64,000 nt of DNA from a virus, in IMG/VR virus record IMGVR_UViG_3300042475_001686, positions 32,001 to 96,000 of that record; one strand, given 5' to 3'. The notes below the pieces were generated by a model. The model did not search any database. It saw only the letters and a program-made list of their open reading frames with translations, and was not told the DNA's origin. The translations under genes and the position numbers were made by a program. Of this stretch, positions 25,660 through 35,025 are shown in pieces (the stretch's first letter is position 1; each line of letters begins with the position of its first letter).

Positions 25660-26417
25660 AACCCCATCTCTTTTCTTTTTTGTGTAGCAGAGATAGCCTG
25701 AATATCTGCAGGTAATTCAACCTGTTCAATCTTATACCCTACATCACGACCATAAACAATATTAGTAATGTTTGGCAATCTTAGAACCATTGCCCTATCC
25801 ATAAATTCATCTTTAGCGATATACTCTTTTACCTGATCAAATTTAAGAGGATCTTTGTCACTTGTATTATATGTATTACGAACACCAAGTAGTACCTGAT
25901 TTGTACGCTTACCTGCTTCAACATATAAAGCGTGATGCCCTTCATGCCATGGCTGGTATCTACCAAGCATTAAAGTTGTAGGTGCAGACCAATCATGTAA
26001 TTTAAACTGTTTAATTATCTCAGTTGCTTTTTCATTTGCATTCCATTCATGACTAATAAAGGCCATATCAAAATCTTCAAGCACTTCAAACATTTTGTTA
26101 GTGTCCTCGTATCTACCTTCTTCGATTGTCTCCATGTATATTAGTATGTCTGGTCTACCGAAGGCAGATCTTGTTTCTTTTGTAGGGCAAACAAAATCTA
26201 CGATAACTGGAGCAACACCCTGTCTGGCAATAAGTCTTGCCATTTCTCCCATACGTCTTGCCTGCTCAACCCTATCCTCATGACTAAACCCAAGATCAGA
26301 GTTTACTGTGGATCTTACCTCATCAGCATTGAGATGAATTGCATTAATACGTTCTTTAAGTGCTTTTGCTAATTCAGTTTTACCAGATCCAGGCAAACCT
26401 ATGATTTGTATAATCAT
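25656..26417 (-). CDS. APS-kinase-like P-loop kinase fused to a HIGH-type nucleotidyltransferase
   Basis: GLPGSGKT, NADEVR..DLGFS.EDR; second domain MLGRYQPWHEGH..YGRDVGY..ISAT. Confidence 0.85.
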   Translation of the reverse strand: MIIQIIGLPGSGKTELAKALKERINAIHLNADEVRSTVNSDLGFSHEDRVEQARRMGEMARLIARQGVAPVIVDFVCPTKETRSAFGRPDILIYMETIEEGRYEDTNKMFEVLEDFDMAFISHEWNANEKATEIIKQFKLHDWSAPTTLMLGRYQPWHEGHHALYVEAGKRTNQVLLGVRNTYNTSDKDPLKFDQVKEYIAKDEFMDRAMVLRLPNITNIVYGRDVGYKIEQVELPADIQAISATQKRKEMGL

Positions 26418-26586
26418 AATATATCTTCCTCTATTTCATCCAGGGATCTACTATCATGATTCTTGCATACTGGCCTAATAGCATAGCCATCAGCAATAAT
26501 ATTAATAGCAAAACCGTCACAATAATAACACTTAGACATAATATCTTTATTCTTTTGTCTTAAGAAGTCTAAGTATTGTTTGTTGT

Positions 26587-26880
26587 TCATTTTTGATCCT
26601 CATCAAGCGTTAAATTCTTCCATGTATTACCCCAGTCAGATTCTGTCTTATGGCTGTTAAACTCTTTAGATATGGCTCCAGATTCTAAATAAATACCGCC
26701 CCATACTCCATACTCTTTGCTTGATACACCTACAGCAAAACAAGTTTTAACAACTGGACATTGCATACATAGCGCATCAATTGCTGGTCTTAATAACTCA
26801 TCCTCTTCATATTTATCAAAGAATAAGTTAGTATCATAATCCAAGCAAGTCGCTGCGTCTTTCCATTTAAGTTTGTGCAT
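26587..26880 (-). CDS. whiB: WhiB-family transcription regulator
   Basis: W...A.C....NLFF ... C.QCPV...C ... YGVWGG. Confidence 0.9.
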   Translation of the reverse strand: MHKLKWKDAATCLDYDTNLFFDKYEEDELLRPAIDALCMQCPVVKTCFAVGVSSKEYGVWGGIYLESGAISKEFNSHKTESDWGNTWKNLTLDEDQK

Positions 26881-27091
26881 ATCCAGGAACAAACCTTTCT
26901 GGAATATCCCAACCATTTCTATCAGGCTCAAACCTTTTAGTCATATACCAACCGTTTTTAATAAACATCCCATACTTTGATGTTTTAGCCTTATCAGACT
27001 TATACTTACTGACAACAGTCCAGCCATCCCAAAACAAAGAACTGTTACTTGCTACGATTGATTCCATTTCTTCTAACGATGTTACTTTCAT
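26867..27091 (-). CDS. Hypothetical protein
   Basis: ORF with AGGAG SD. Confidence 0.7.
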   Translation of the reverse strand: MKVTSLEEMESIVASNSSLFWDGWTVVSKYKSDKAKTSKYGMFIKNGWYMTKRFEPDRNGWDIPERFVPGYAQT

Positions 27092-27098
27092 TATTCTC

Positions 27099-27452
27099 CT
27101 AGTATTGAAAGATTCCTACTTCGACATTATTTAATTGTGCTTGTGCAACTAACTTTGATGCGCTTTCATTTGGTTTTGATAAATATACAAAATAATTAAT
27201 ATCTAATATATTTTCTGATAACCAAGATGGAGCAACCTTAAACATCTTAATTTTCTTGCCACGAGACTTCATGCCCTTCTCAGAAACATTTACAAATTCC
27301 ATAACCATTTTATTAATGTTTGCTGGACCAGCAGTGTATATATAGAAGTACTCGTCTTCGGCAGGCATGCTTGATAGAGCAACGCCCATGGCACGAAGAA
27401 AAACTTGGTAGTCACTAAAACTACTAGTTCCCTGCACCCCAACGATCATCAA
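27099..27452 (-). CDS. Hypothetical protein (possible SLOG/YspA-like fold)
   Basis: IVGVQG..F.DY N-terminus. Confidence 0.55.
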   Translation of the reverse strand: MMIVGVQGTSSFSDYQVFLRAMGVALSSMPAEDEYFYIYTAGPANINKMVMEFVNVSEKGMKSRGKKIKMFKVAPSWLSENILDINYFVYLSKPNESASKLVAQAQLNNVEVGIFQY

Positions 27453-27846
27453 AAGCCTCTTCTCTTAATCTATCTATGATGAATATCATCTTATCTAATT
27501 GTACCTTATTCATAGTCATTGTGTCAACTACTCTGGTAGTTTCCTTATCAACATTTCCATGGCTCATATCGGCCATATAAAAGGTATTGTCTTTAATCCA
27601 ATATGCCTGGTCATCCATTATAATAACCTTAATATTAATATTTTTATCATGTCTATTAGATTGGCTATCTCTTTTTTTAGTTTTAACCAAATTAAAACTT
27701 TGTGCTGCACCAACCATAGTATGCCTTGTGCTTTGAGAAGATCTGGCAAGTTTTATATTTTCTTTTAGCACATCATACCGATATTGAATTTGTATAAATA
27801 AAAATACAAAAACGAAGGCAGATAAAAATCCTATAATATATTCCAT
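27424..27846 (-). CDS. Membrane-anchored hypothetical protein
   Basis: N-terminal TM helix. Confidence 0.65.
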   Translation of the reverse strand: MEYIIGFLSAFVFVFLFIQIQYRYDVLKENIKLARSSQSTRHTMVGAAQSFNLVKTKKRDSQSNRHDKNINIKVIIMDDQAYWIKDNTFYMADMSHGNVDKETTRVVDTMTMNKVQLDKMIFIIDRLREEAFDDRWGAGN

Positions 27847-27867
27847 AGAATCACCAGGATAATTATA

Positions 27868-28182
27868 CTACTCTCTTATAAGGTTTCTTTTAATCTCCTG
27901 AAGAGTATATTTTTCGTCTTCATCTAGTTTAGACAGAAATACTGGATGAAATGCTTTTTTGGTTAGCCTAACTATTGGATTCTCGGATGTAATATCCATG
28001 TCAATCATATCCAACTCCCATAGCCTTGTAACATGTGAATTAAACATATTATTTACTTCTCTGTGAAGAGTTGGGCTAACATCCTTAAGTTTGTCAGTAA
28101 AACTATATAGCATTTCTCCTGTTTCAGGATCAATTCCTGCTACCTCTACGGCACCGCTTAAAATTAAATCTTCTATCTCCAT
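27868..28182 (-). CDS. Hypothetical protein (paralog of 28184..28408)
   Basis: LIL.GAVEV.GID.ETGE..Y.FTDKLK. Confidence 0.7.
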   Translation of the reverse strand: MEIEDLILSGAVEVAGIDPETGEMLYSFTDKLKDVSPTLHREVNNMFNSHVTRLWELDMIDMDITSENPIVRLTKKAFHPVFLSKLDEDEKYTLQEIKRNLIRE

Positions 28183-28183
28183 G

Positions 28184-28408
28184 TTAATTCCTTATTCTCC
28201 AAGTCATTGACTTTGGTCCTATTTTATTAAGAACAAACAGATGATGCTTAAATTGATCTTCTAAGTCCTGATAAAGTTCAGGGTAAATTTCTTTAAGTTT
28301 ATCTGTTATATTATAGTAAGTTTCACCAGTTTCGAGATTTATATCTGCTATCTCAATACCGCCCTGTAAAACTAAATGCTCTATTAAAGCATCAGTCTTA
28401 GCGTCCAT
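28184..28408 (-). CDS. Hypothetical protein (paralog of 27868..28182)
   Basis: LVL.GGIEI.DIN.ETGE..Y.ITDKLK. Confidence 0.7.
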   Translation of the reverse strand: MDAKTDALIEHLVLQGGIEIADINLETGETYYNITDKLKEIYPELYQDLEDQFKHHLFVLNKIGPKSMTWRIRN

Positions 28409-28825
28409 TTATTTTGCTTTCTTTTTTGCGATTTCCCTTTGCTGGGCAAGAGCAGCAAAATCTTTTACCTTGGTATCTCCAAGATAGCCCCAAGCATAAC
28501 CATCTTCAATCATACGGTCATTAATAGAAATCGTATCACCGTCAACATATAGCCAGCCTAAAATGCGACCATATTTTTCAGAAGAGTCTGGCTTTTCTGT
28601 TTTTATAACTACAAGTTTGGCATCTTTTAGTTTAGACTTTAAGTATTCTTTTGCTTCAATCCCAAGACTTTTTTCAAACTTATCCGTGGTCCGTGATTCT
28701 GGAGTGTCAATACCAGCAAGGCGTACTCGTTGGGAGAAGGAAACATTGAAACCAAGATCAATGTCCACGTCAATAGTGTCTCCATCTACTACCCCCGTTA
28801 CCTTTTTTACTCTATACTCGTACAT
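28409..28825 (-). CDS. Thermonuclease (SNase family)
   Basis: VVDGDTI, RVRLAGIDTPE, KYGRILG. Confidence 0.92.
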   Translation of the reverse strand: MYEYRVKKVTGVVDGDTIDVDIDLGFNVSFSQRVRLAGIDTPESRTTDKFEKSLGIEAKEYLKSKLKDAKLVVIKTEKPDSSEKYGRILGWLYVDGDTISINDRMIEDGYAWGYLGDTKVKDFAALAQQREIAKKKAK

Positions 28826-29082
28826 TAGTTTTCGCTCCCTACTAATCGGTTCTCCACAAGTCGTTCTCTTTCATCAATAACTTCTAATGCAAACTTCATC
28901 ATATTATCATACCCAATTGCATTATCCATTGCCTTATTGTAGTGATGACCACAAAACAAAAGAGAAGATCCTGACTTACCAATTACCTTCACATATGCTT
29001 GGGCAGAGCAACGATCACAACGATCTGTTGCGTCTAGAAGCCATACCTTTTCTTCTGGTTTGTTCTTCAACATACTAAACAT
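28825..29082 (-). CDS. Actinobacterial-type small Zn-binding protein
   Basis: DRCDRCSAQAYV..LLFCGHH; start uncertain. Confidence 0.65.
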   Translation of the reverse strand: MFSMLKNKPEEKVWLLDATDRCDRCSAQAYVKVIGKSGSSLLFCGHHYNKAMDNAIGYDNMMKFALEVIDERERLVENRLVGSEN

Positions 29083-29083
29083 A

Positions 29084-29293
29084 TTATACCCTTCTATTAT
29101 CAGTTGTATAGAATCCAGAGCCATTGAATGTGACTCCTACATTAGAGTATACACGAACTAAAGGCTTATTGCAAGTATCGCAGTCATACCCTGGATCATT
29201 ATCAGACATTGATCTAATCTTTGTATATCTTATGGCACAAGACATACAGTCATATTCATATGATGGCACTACTTTTTCTTTCGCAACTGCCAA
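29084..29293 (-). CDS. FmdB-family zinc-ribbon protein
   Basis: P.YEY.C..C...C..C...RVYS..GV.F.GSGFY.TD. Confidence 0.8.
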   Translation of the reverse strand: MAVAKEKVVPSYEYDCMSCAIRYTKIRSMSDNDPGYDCDTCNKPLVRVYSNVGVTFNGSGFYTTDNRRV

Positions 29294-29369
29294 ACAGGTA
29301 TCCCACGAGGGGCGGTACTAAGTTCATAGCCAAGGACTTTCGCTACAAATCTTATAATTTTTATACGCA

Positions 29370-29588
29370 TTATTTTACCTTCCTTCCAAACCTAGCCCAT
29401 ACTCTTTCATGCAAATAAAAAAATGTCATCTCTAATGAAAGATACATAAGTCCATATAGACCAACATACTCCCACTCTGCTTCTCCAGTAAAATATTTTA
29501 ATACAAAGTAGATTATGCCAGCAACAAATGTAAAATGTACAAATGGCCAACTAATAGTTTTTAATAAACTTTTCTTTTTTGACTCCAT
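29370..29588 (-). CDS. DUF2061-like membrane protein
   Basis: ES.K.SL.KTISW ... FYLHERVW. Confidence 0.75.
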   Translation of the reverse strand: MESKKKSLLKTISWPFVHFTFVAGIIYFVLKYFTGEAEWEYVGLYGLMYLSLEMTFFYLHERVWARFGRKVK

Positions 29589-29630
29589 GGTATTTCTCCT
29601 TTATCTTATTATATCATCTTTGAAATTAGA

Positions 29631-31100
29631 TTATTGTTTGGTAACAACAATCTTATCAAAACTACCCTGCTTAATAACCTCAATGGTTAATCCACCAAAA
29701 CTTACTTTATCACCTTCATAAAGTAAAACATCTAAACTAGAATTTGACAAACTTCCATTGCATATTGTTGTTTCCATGTTATTTCTATTATTAGGAATAA
29801 CAGGAACCAAAAAATCTTGACCATGTCCCAGGGTTAAATCTAAAACATAGACTAACACGCCATCCCTTGGTTTTTTTGTAGTGCAAGAAAATTTATTAAC
29901 TCTTCTTGATTCAACAATTAAGGCCTTTGTTTCTGACAGTGGAAGTATTGCTAATTTAATTCCAGAGTCTTGGCTACTAAGTGGGACCAAGTCTATTTCT
30001 ACTTTAGTTATAGACTTAGAGTCTTTACAGTATACCTTTTCATCGGACATCCATCTTATCAAAAATTGAAGCCAGCCACTTAATTCTCTGGTACTCCCGT
30101 CTTGGTTTCCCATAACATCCCAATCCCAAAAAGGAGAATACCCTGTATTTCCTCCGACATGTGGAAGTCCTATCGAATGTCCAAACTCATGTACCCAATA
30201 ATTCCAAAGTGACTTATTATCTTTCGTTTGATACTTACCAGCAATTGAAAATGATGATATACGTCCTTCGTTTGTTATATAGTCTTTAACGTGTTGCTCC
30301 CAAGGAAAGCCATTCTCTCCTTCGTTGGCAATATTTTGATTTGCAGGTAGTATGAAAATGACAGTCTGAATATTAGTAAAATCAAATGTTGGATCTGCAG
30401 TGGCCATTGCAGTTCTAAAAAATTTAACTCCACCAGGTGTGCTATTGACTCCTTTGGTCAAAGTATAATCTGTAGATACGCCAGGTAAAGTTATCCATTT
30501 ATCTGATACTACCCATTCGACTTTAAACTTTCCCTCGCTGGTATTATAAAACCATTCAGATAACAGATTCATTTGTATATCCATGCTAGATCTAAAGTTC
30601 TTTTCTCCTGGCATATCTGAGAAATCCACGGGGATGAATGCCCATTTTACAGTTCCAGTTTTTTGGGTTAGAGGTTGTAAATTAGGAAAACCAGCCCAAG
30701 TGAAACCTCTTCTTTGGCTTGACTCTATTAACTTACAACGTTCAATGCTATCACCCGCTACAGATGGTGGTGCATATTGAACTGTAGTTTTAGTTGGTGT
30801 CGGTGTCGGAGTCGGAGTCGGTGTTGGTGTTGGAGTTGGTGTTGGAGTTGGTGTTACAGTAGGTCTTGGGGTAGGACTAACGCTTGGAACTGGTATTGGT
30901 GTAACAGTTTTTTTAACTGCCCACCTATAAAATCTACCATCTTTTAGACAAATACGATTGTTCTCAATCTTATTTACCTTTGATTTTGGGCAGGCTGCTC
31001 TGGTAATTGTATATTCACTTACATTATTTTGTGCAACTGGAGTTGGAGTTGGAGCAATTAATGATGCTATAGTTACCGCAGAAACGCATACAACGCACAT
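29631..31100 (-). CDS. Secreted M6-like zinc metalloprotease with a Pro-Thr linker
   Basis: IPVDFSD, HEFGHSIGLPH, WDVMG, ESRR, GVLVY; N-terminal hydrophobic segment. Confidence 0.75.
   Translation of the reverse strand: MCVVCVSAVTIASLIAPTPTPVAQNNVSEYTITRAACPKSKVNKIENNRICLKDGRFYRWAVKKTVTPIPVPSVSPTPRPTVTPTPTPTPTPTPTPTPTPTPTKTTVQYAPPSVAGDSIERCKLIESSQRRGFTWAGFPNLQPLTQKTGTVKWAFIPVDFSDMPGEKNFRSSMDIQMNLLSEWFYNTSEGKFKVEWVVSDKWITLPGVSTDYTLTKGVNSTPGGVKFFRTAMATADPTFDFTNIQTVIFILPANQNIANEGENGFPWEQHVKDYITNEGRISSFSIAGKYQTKDNKSLWNYWVHEFGHSIGLPHVGGNTGYSPFWDWDVMGNQDGSTRELSGWLQFLIRWMSDEKVYCKDSKSITKVEIDLVPLSSQDSGIKLAILPLSETKALIVESRRVNKFSCTTKKPRDGVLVYVLDLTLGHGQDFLVPVIPNNRNNMETTICNGSLSNSSLDVLLYEGDKVSFGGLTIEVIKQGSFDKIVVTKQ
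30793..30855 (-). repeat. (Pro-Thr)n coding repeat
   Basis: About ten 6-nt units encoding TPTPTP... Confidence 0.85.
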
Positions 31101-31101
31101 T

Positions 31102-31305
31102 TTAAATAAATATCCTTACTACATGTTCGCATGGGTCGCCTCCTGCTTCCCATTCTTCTACTTCTTCTTCACTCATATACTGATAACCACCGTCATGGGT
31201 GTGGCAATATGGATCACTAATCCAGCCTCTTTCAATGCCGTTTTGTAACCAAATACCAAACTCTTGTTCCTCTACAGACAAGCCATCTTCATTCATATGA
31301 TTCAT
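31102..31305 (-). CDS. Hypothetical protein
   Basis: CHTHDG...GGDPC motif; leaderless-type start. Confidence 0.65.
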   Translation of the reverse strand: MNHMNEDGLSVEEQEFGIWLQNGIERGWISDPYCHTHDGGYQYMSEEEVEEWEAGGDPCEHVVRIFI

Positions 31306-31320
31306 ATATTTAGTATATAC

Positions 31321-31854
31321 CTAAATGCTTAGAATGTCAATAGGGCCTTTACAAGATGTTGAATGATTTATAGCAGCATTGACTGCAAGTACCGCCCTTT
31401 TCCTTGCGTCTTTTTGTTTTTGTGTTGAGTATAATGAACCAAGTGCTAAATCTCCACCAGATCCCATTGCTAAATAGTCTTGTTCATATTGTGTTAGTGA
31501 CATATCTGCTGCATTATGTTCATATATTTTTCCACGTACACAAATAATCATGCCGAAATCTGATGATGTTGATGTATCAACCCACCAACCTTCATAAAAA
31601 TTACGTAATGCTTTTAGGAATTTGCTATACATAAACTTATCAATACTGCCACGACCTTCAAATGCTGGAGGTACAAATAAATGTCTTATTCTATCTCCAT
31701 CCATAGATCCAGCATACCCAAACATGTATCCTTCTTTTTTCCATATCTTAGGACTAGAAGATACATTAACTGTATTTTCATCTGAGATAGCACGATCACC
31801 AGCCATCCATATTTTATTATTTACTTTATCACGAACGACTGCTATGCAAGTCAT
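31321..31854 (-). CDS. Ntn-hydrolase, HslV/proteasome-beta-like peptidase
   Basis: N-terminal MTCIA (Thr1), MAGD, PKI, FGYAG, AMGSG. Confidence 0.8.
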   Translation of the reverse strand: MTCIAVVRDKVNNKIWMAGDRAISDENTVNVSSSPKIWKKEGYMFGYAGSMDGDRIRHLFVPPAFEGRGSIDKFMYSKFLKALRNFYEGWWVDTSTSSDFGMIICVRGKIYEHNAADMSLTQYEQDYLAMGSGGDLALGSLYSTQKQKDARKRAVLAVNAAINHSTSCKGPIDILSI

Positions 31855-31910
31855 TTAAATACCCTTCTATGTTTAGAATTTAGTATAGCATTGAACTAAA
31901 AATATGTCAA

Positions 31911-32504
31911 TTAGTTGACAGTTTGTCCACATTCTGGACATGTTTTAGGTTTCTTAGCAGTCTTATTAGGCTTTGTAGGTTCATCAGATTTCTTTACTGC
32001 TGCACCGCCAAACTTTGGGCGACCAAAGCCTACTATTGAAATCAAAACATTTTTCTTATTTTTCTTATAGGCACGAAGTTGTTTGCAAACTTCTCCGCCA
32101 TTTCTTTGGCTGCCCTTCTTATTGCTTGAAGTATTTCCCTCAATGCACCAGACTGTACCATCGCCGTTGTCTTCAATAACAATACCGACATGTGAAATAC
32201 GGTCTACGCCATCTGATGGGAAATCAAAATAGGCAATGTCACCTGGCTCTGGATCAGCAATATCTGCATCAATCCATGCTCCTGCCTTTTTAAATGCTGC
32301 TGCACCACCTGGAGTATAAACAGTATTAGGAACTTTTACGCCTGCTTCATTTGCACACCACATAACAAATGAACCGCACCATGGTTGGAAGTTAGCCTTG
32401 GTAAACTTACCGTACTTGGTTTCATTATCTTTTGGACCTTCAATAGTTCCAACTTCGCCTTTGGCTACTTCAATTAATTTTTCTGCTGTTCCCATTTCTG
32501 CCAT
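31911..32504 (-). CDS. Endolysin, CHAP/NlpC-type amidase
   Basis: NETKYG, PWCGSFV.W, PGDI, SHVGIV, IEGNTS, VGFGRP. Confidence 0.85.
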   Translation of the reverse strand: MAEMGTAEKLIEVAKGEVGTIEGPKDNETKYGKFTKANFQPWCGSFVMWCANEAGVKVPNTVYTPGGAAAFKKAGAWIDADIADPEPGDIAYFDFPSDGVDRISHVGIVIEDNGDGTVWCIEGNTSSNKKGSQRNGGEVCKQLRAYKKNKKNVLISIVGFGRPKFGGAAVKKSDEPTKPNKTAKKPKTCPECGQTVN

Positions 32505-32506
32505 GA

Positions 32507-32950
32507 TTAATCCTTATCCCACTCTGTATCAACTGGTTGTTCTTCTGGCATTTCGCCGTCTGGTTTCTTTGCAAGTCTTGCTCTTACTTCGTCAAGTTCT
32601 GCGTCAAGTTTATCTTCTGCCATTTTAATTTCAGATTCTAACTTTTTATCTGCCTGAGTATTCTTAGCATCCATTTCTTTATTAGATAGTTGTGCGGCCA
32701 TTATATCCTTTGCACCAGACTGTCCAATTAATAAACCTGCCAATGTTCCTGTTATAAATGTTGCAACTGAACCAAGAACATTGAAGAACATCTTATCATT
32801 TTCTGACTGTGCTCCTATTGGCTGAGTTACAAATATCAGAGCATATAAAATACCTAATGCTGTAAATAATAAAATTGCTCCCAATGTACAACCAAGAATA
32901 AACTTAAGTCGTGCATCAAGATCTTGTGGTGTTAATCTTTGCTTGCTCAT
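32507..32950 (-). CDS. Two-TM membrane protein with a coiled-coil tail (holin-like)
   Basis: Two hydrophobic helices, directly upstream of the endolysin. Confidence 0.6.
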   Translation of the reverse strand: MSKQRLTPQDLDARLKFILGCTLGAILLFTALGILYALIFVTQPIGAQSENDKMFFNVLGSVATFITGTLAGLLIGQSGAKDIMAAQLSNKEMDAKNTQADKKLESEIKMAEDKLDAELDEVRARLAKKPDGEMPEEQPVDTEWDKD

Positions 32951-33153
32951 TTATTGCCTTTCGTTTTCTGATACTCATCCCAAGCATCTTGTCCAATTAT
33001 ATCTCTTGTGCATGTGCCAGATGTCTCGCAAACAGGAGGGTTGCATTCTTTAGCATCCCAATTTGCTGGATCCTGACAAGGATAGCGATAGTGACCGTCA
33101 TACCCGCAGCCACTAAGACCTAATACAAGTATACACGATAGTAAAATCTTCAT
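32947..33153 (-). CDS. Small lipoprotein
   Basis: Lipobox LSGC; four further Cys residues. Confidence 0.7.
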   Translation of the reverse strand: MKILLSCILVLGLSGCGYDGHYRYPCQDPANWDAKECNPPVCETSGTCTRDIIGQDAWDEYQKTKGNK

Positions 33154-33170
33154 GTCTATATTATACCAAG

Positions 33171-33380
33171 TTATTCTTTCTCTTCACGAAGCGGGATGGT
33201 GATAAGCCATAGGGCTATTGATATTAATGTGGCTACCCCCACGACCTGCTGGGCGGTACCTGTAAGGGTAAGCCAAGCAATAAAGAAGCCAAGGATGGTA
33301 AATACTTGGGCTATACTCTCAATAATAGCAGCCTTAAACCACTTAAAGAGTCCTTTAACTACCTTCTTAATCATGTTCAT
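33171..33380 (-). CDS. Small two-TM membrane protein
   Basis: Hydrophobic profile; AGGAGG SD. Confidence 0.65.
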   Translation of the reverse strand: MNMIKKVVKGLFKWFKAAIIESIAQVFTILGFFIAWLTLTGTAQQVVGVATLISIALWLITIPLREEKE

Positions 33381-33381
33381 A

Positions 33382-35025
33382 TTATAACCTCCTTAGTGAC
33401 ATAACTGAACTAACTATATTTCCTACCAAAATAACAGGGATCACAACCTCTTGAACTTTTTCTCTCTGATCATCTGTCATATCTTTACCCCATTCTGAAG
33501 GGCTAAATACTTTTTCAAAATCTATATCTGTCAATACGCCAAGCGGATCTGCTAAGAATGCCTCTGTTTGTATTTCTGTTACAGCATCTGCTAATGTATA
33601 TGGCATGGGAGCATCTTCATTTTGTGCTGCCTTTTCAGCAAATTGAACTACGGCTGCTGCTACTGCAGGATTTTCTTTTGCTACCTCTGCAATAAGAGCA
33701 ACCTCTTCTGCCTTAATGCCAAGATCTTCTGCAAATTCTTTCTTTTCTTCTGGATTCAATTCAGTTAAAAAGTTTGATACTGCTGCCATTAATTTAGAAT
33801 CATTAACACTAATTAGTTTATTTAACTTCTTAAGTTCCTTGTCCGAAATAGGACTGCTATCCGTGTTATCATTATCTGGTGCTACTACAGGATCTTCGTC
33901 AACAGGTTGCTCAGGTTCAGGCTCTGGAGTTGGATCTGTATCCGTTGGCTGAGGTGAAGGCTCTTCTGAAGGCTCTGGAGTTGGATCAGTCTCTTCGTTC
34001 CCCTCATCTGTGGTATCAGGGTTTGGAGAAGGAGTGGGGTCTTCTGGTTCAGTTTGCTCGTCATCATCAGGGAATCTTGGATCCTCTGGAGTAATTATTT
34101 CTGGATCAACCTCAACATCAGGTTCAGGTAAATCTGGTTCATTTGTAGACTCAGGACTTGGGTCTGGAGTTGGCTCAATGTCCAAAGGTAGTTCTGGATC
34201 TGGTTCACTAAATTCTTCACCGTTTATGGAAGCAATAAGATTATTTAAATCTGATATTTCTTCAGCCAACTGAACTGCCTCTGCTACCTGCTCTTGCTGT
34301 TCTTCAGGCGTTATAGGGGCTTCTGTGGGCGTTGGAGAGGGTTCTGGAGACGGCTGCTGAGTAGGTGTAGGAGAAGGCTCTGGAATAGGTTCTGCCTGCA
34401 ATGTAGGGGCAGGTGCATTAGGAGAAACCTGTGTGGCACCCCAGGCCTCAAGAGAAACAATATCTCCATTATGAAGCCTTACCCCTGTTCTAAGATTTTG
34501 ATATTCAGGACCTTGATAACTATAGGACACCGCTAAACCGCCAGTATTAGTAATAGCCACTAAGATATTTACTGTACTTGGTTGTGCCCCATAGTTACCG
34601 AATGGGACCATATTTAGATTTAATTGAAATCCGCCCTCTGAATAATATATATCCAAACCAGATGTATTGCTTACTCCTGGAAACCAGTCCATTGAATATA
34701 AGGAGATAGATGGTGTAGATGGATAGGTATGAAATGTACCGTCAGGTTGTCCAAATGTAATTACTGAGTTAGTTGTAGCGTAAATGTTTTCATATTGTAC
34801 CCCGTCAAAAGTCACGGTAGTTGCGATTGGTATTTGATAAGATATGTCGTCACCTGAGCAAGTATCCATATGATGCACTGTAGGTTCGGCATCGCCTTCA
34901 TATGCTGCTGCTATGGTTTGTGATTGTATAAAGTTTACGCAGGTTGCGTTAGCGTTTTCTGGAAGCCATAAGTTGAATCCGAAGGCTAATAAAGTTGCTG
35001 TTAATATTCTGGTTAATCTTTTAAT
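33382..35025 (-). CDS. Secreted/surface Pro-Glu-rich protein, probable non-canonical (ATT) start
   Basis: Frame of 33382..34878 stays open upstream and encodes the signal peptide IKRLTRILTATLLAFGFNLWLPENANA; long PEP/TPEP-rich stalk; C-terminal hydrophobic anchor. Confidence 0.7.
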   Translation of the reverse strand: MKRLTRILTATLLAFGFNLWLPENANATCVNFIQSQTIAAAYEGDAEPTVHHMDTCSGDDISYQIPIATTVTFDGVQYENIYATTNSVITFGQPDGTFHTYPSTPSISLYSMDWFPGVSNTSGLDIYYSEGGFQLNLNMVPFGNYGAQPSTVNILVAITNTGGLAVSYSYQGPEYQNLRTGVRLHNGDIVSLEAWGATQVSPNAPAPTLQAEPIPEPSPTPTQQPSPEPSPTPTEAPITPEEQQEQVAEAVQLAEEISDLNNLIASINGEEFSEPDPELPLDIEPTPDPSPESTNEPDLPEPDVEVDPEIITPEDPRFPDDDEQTEPEDPTPSPNPDTTDEGNEETDPTPEPSEEPSPQPTDTDPTPEPEPEQPVDEDPVVAPDNDNTDSSPISDKELKKLNKLISVNDSKLMAAVSNFLTELNPEEKKEFAEDLGIKAEEVALIAEVAKENPAVAAAVVQFAEKAAQNEDAPMPYTLADAVTEIQTEAFLADPLGVLTDIDFEKVFSPSEWGKDMTDDQREKVQEVVIPVILVGNIVSSVMSLRRL

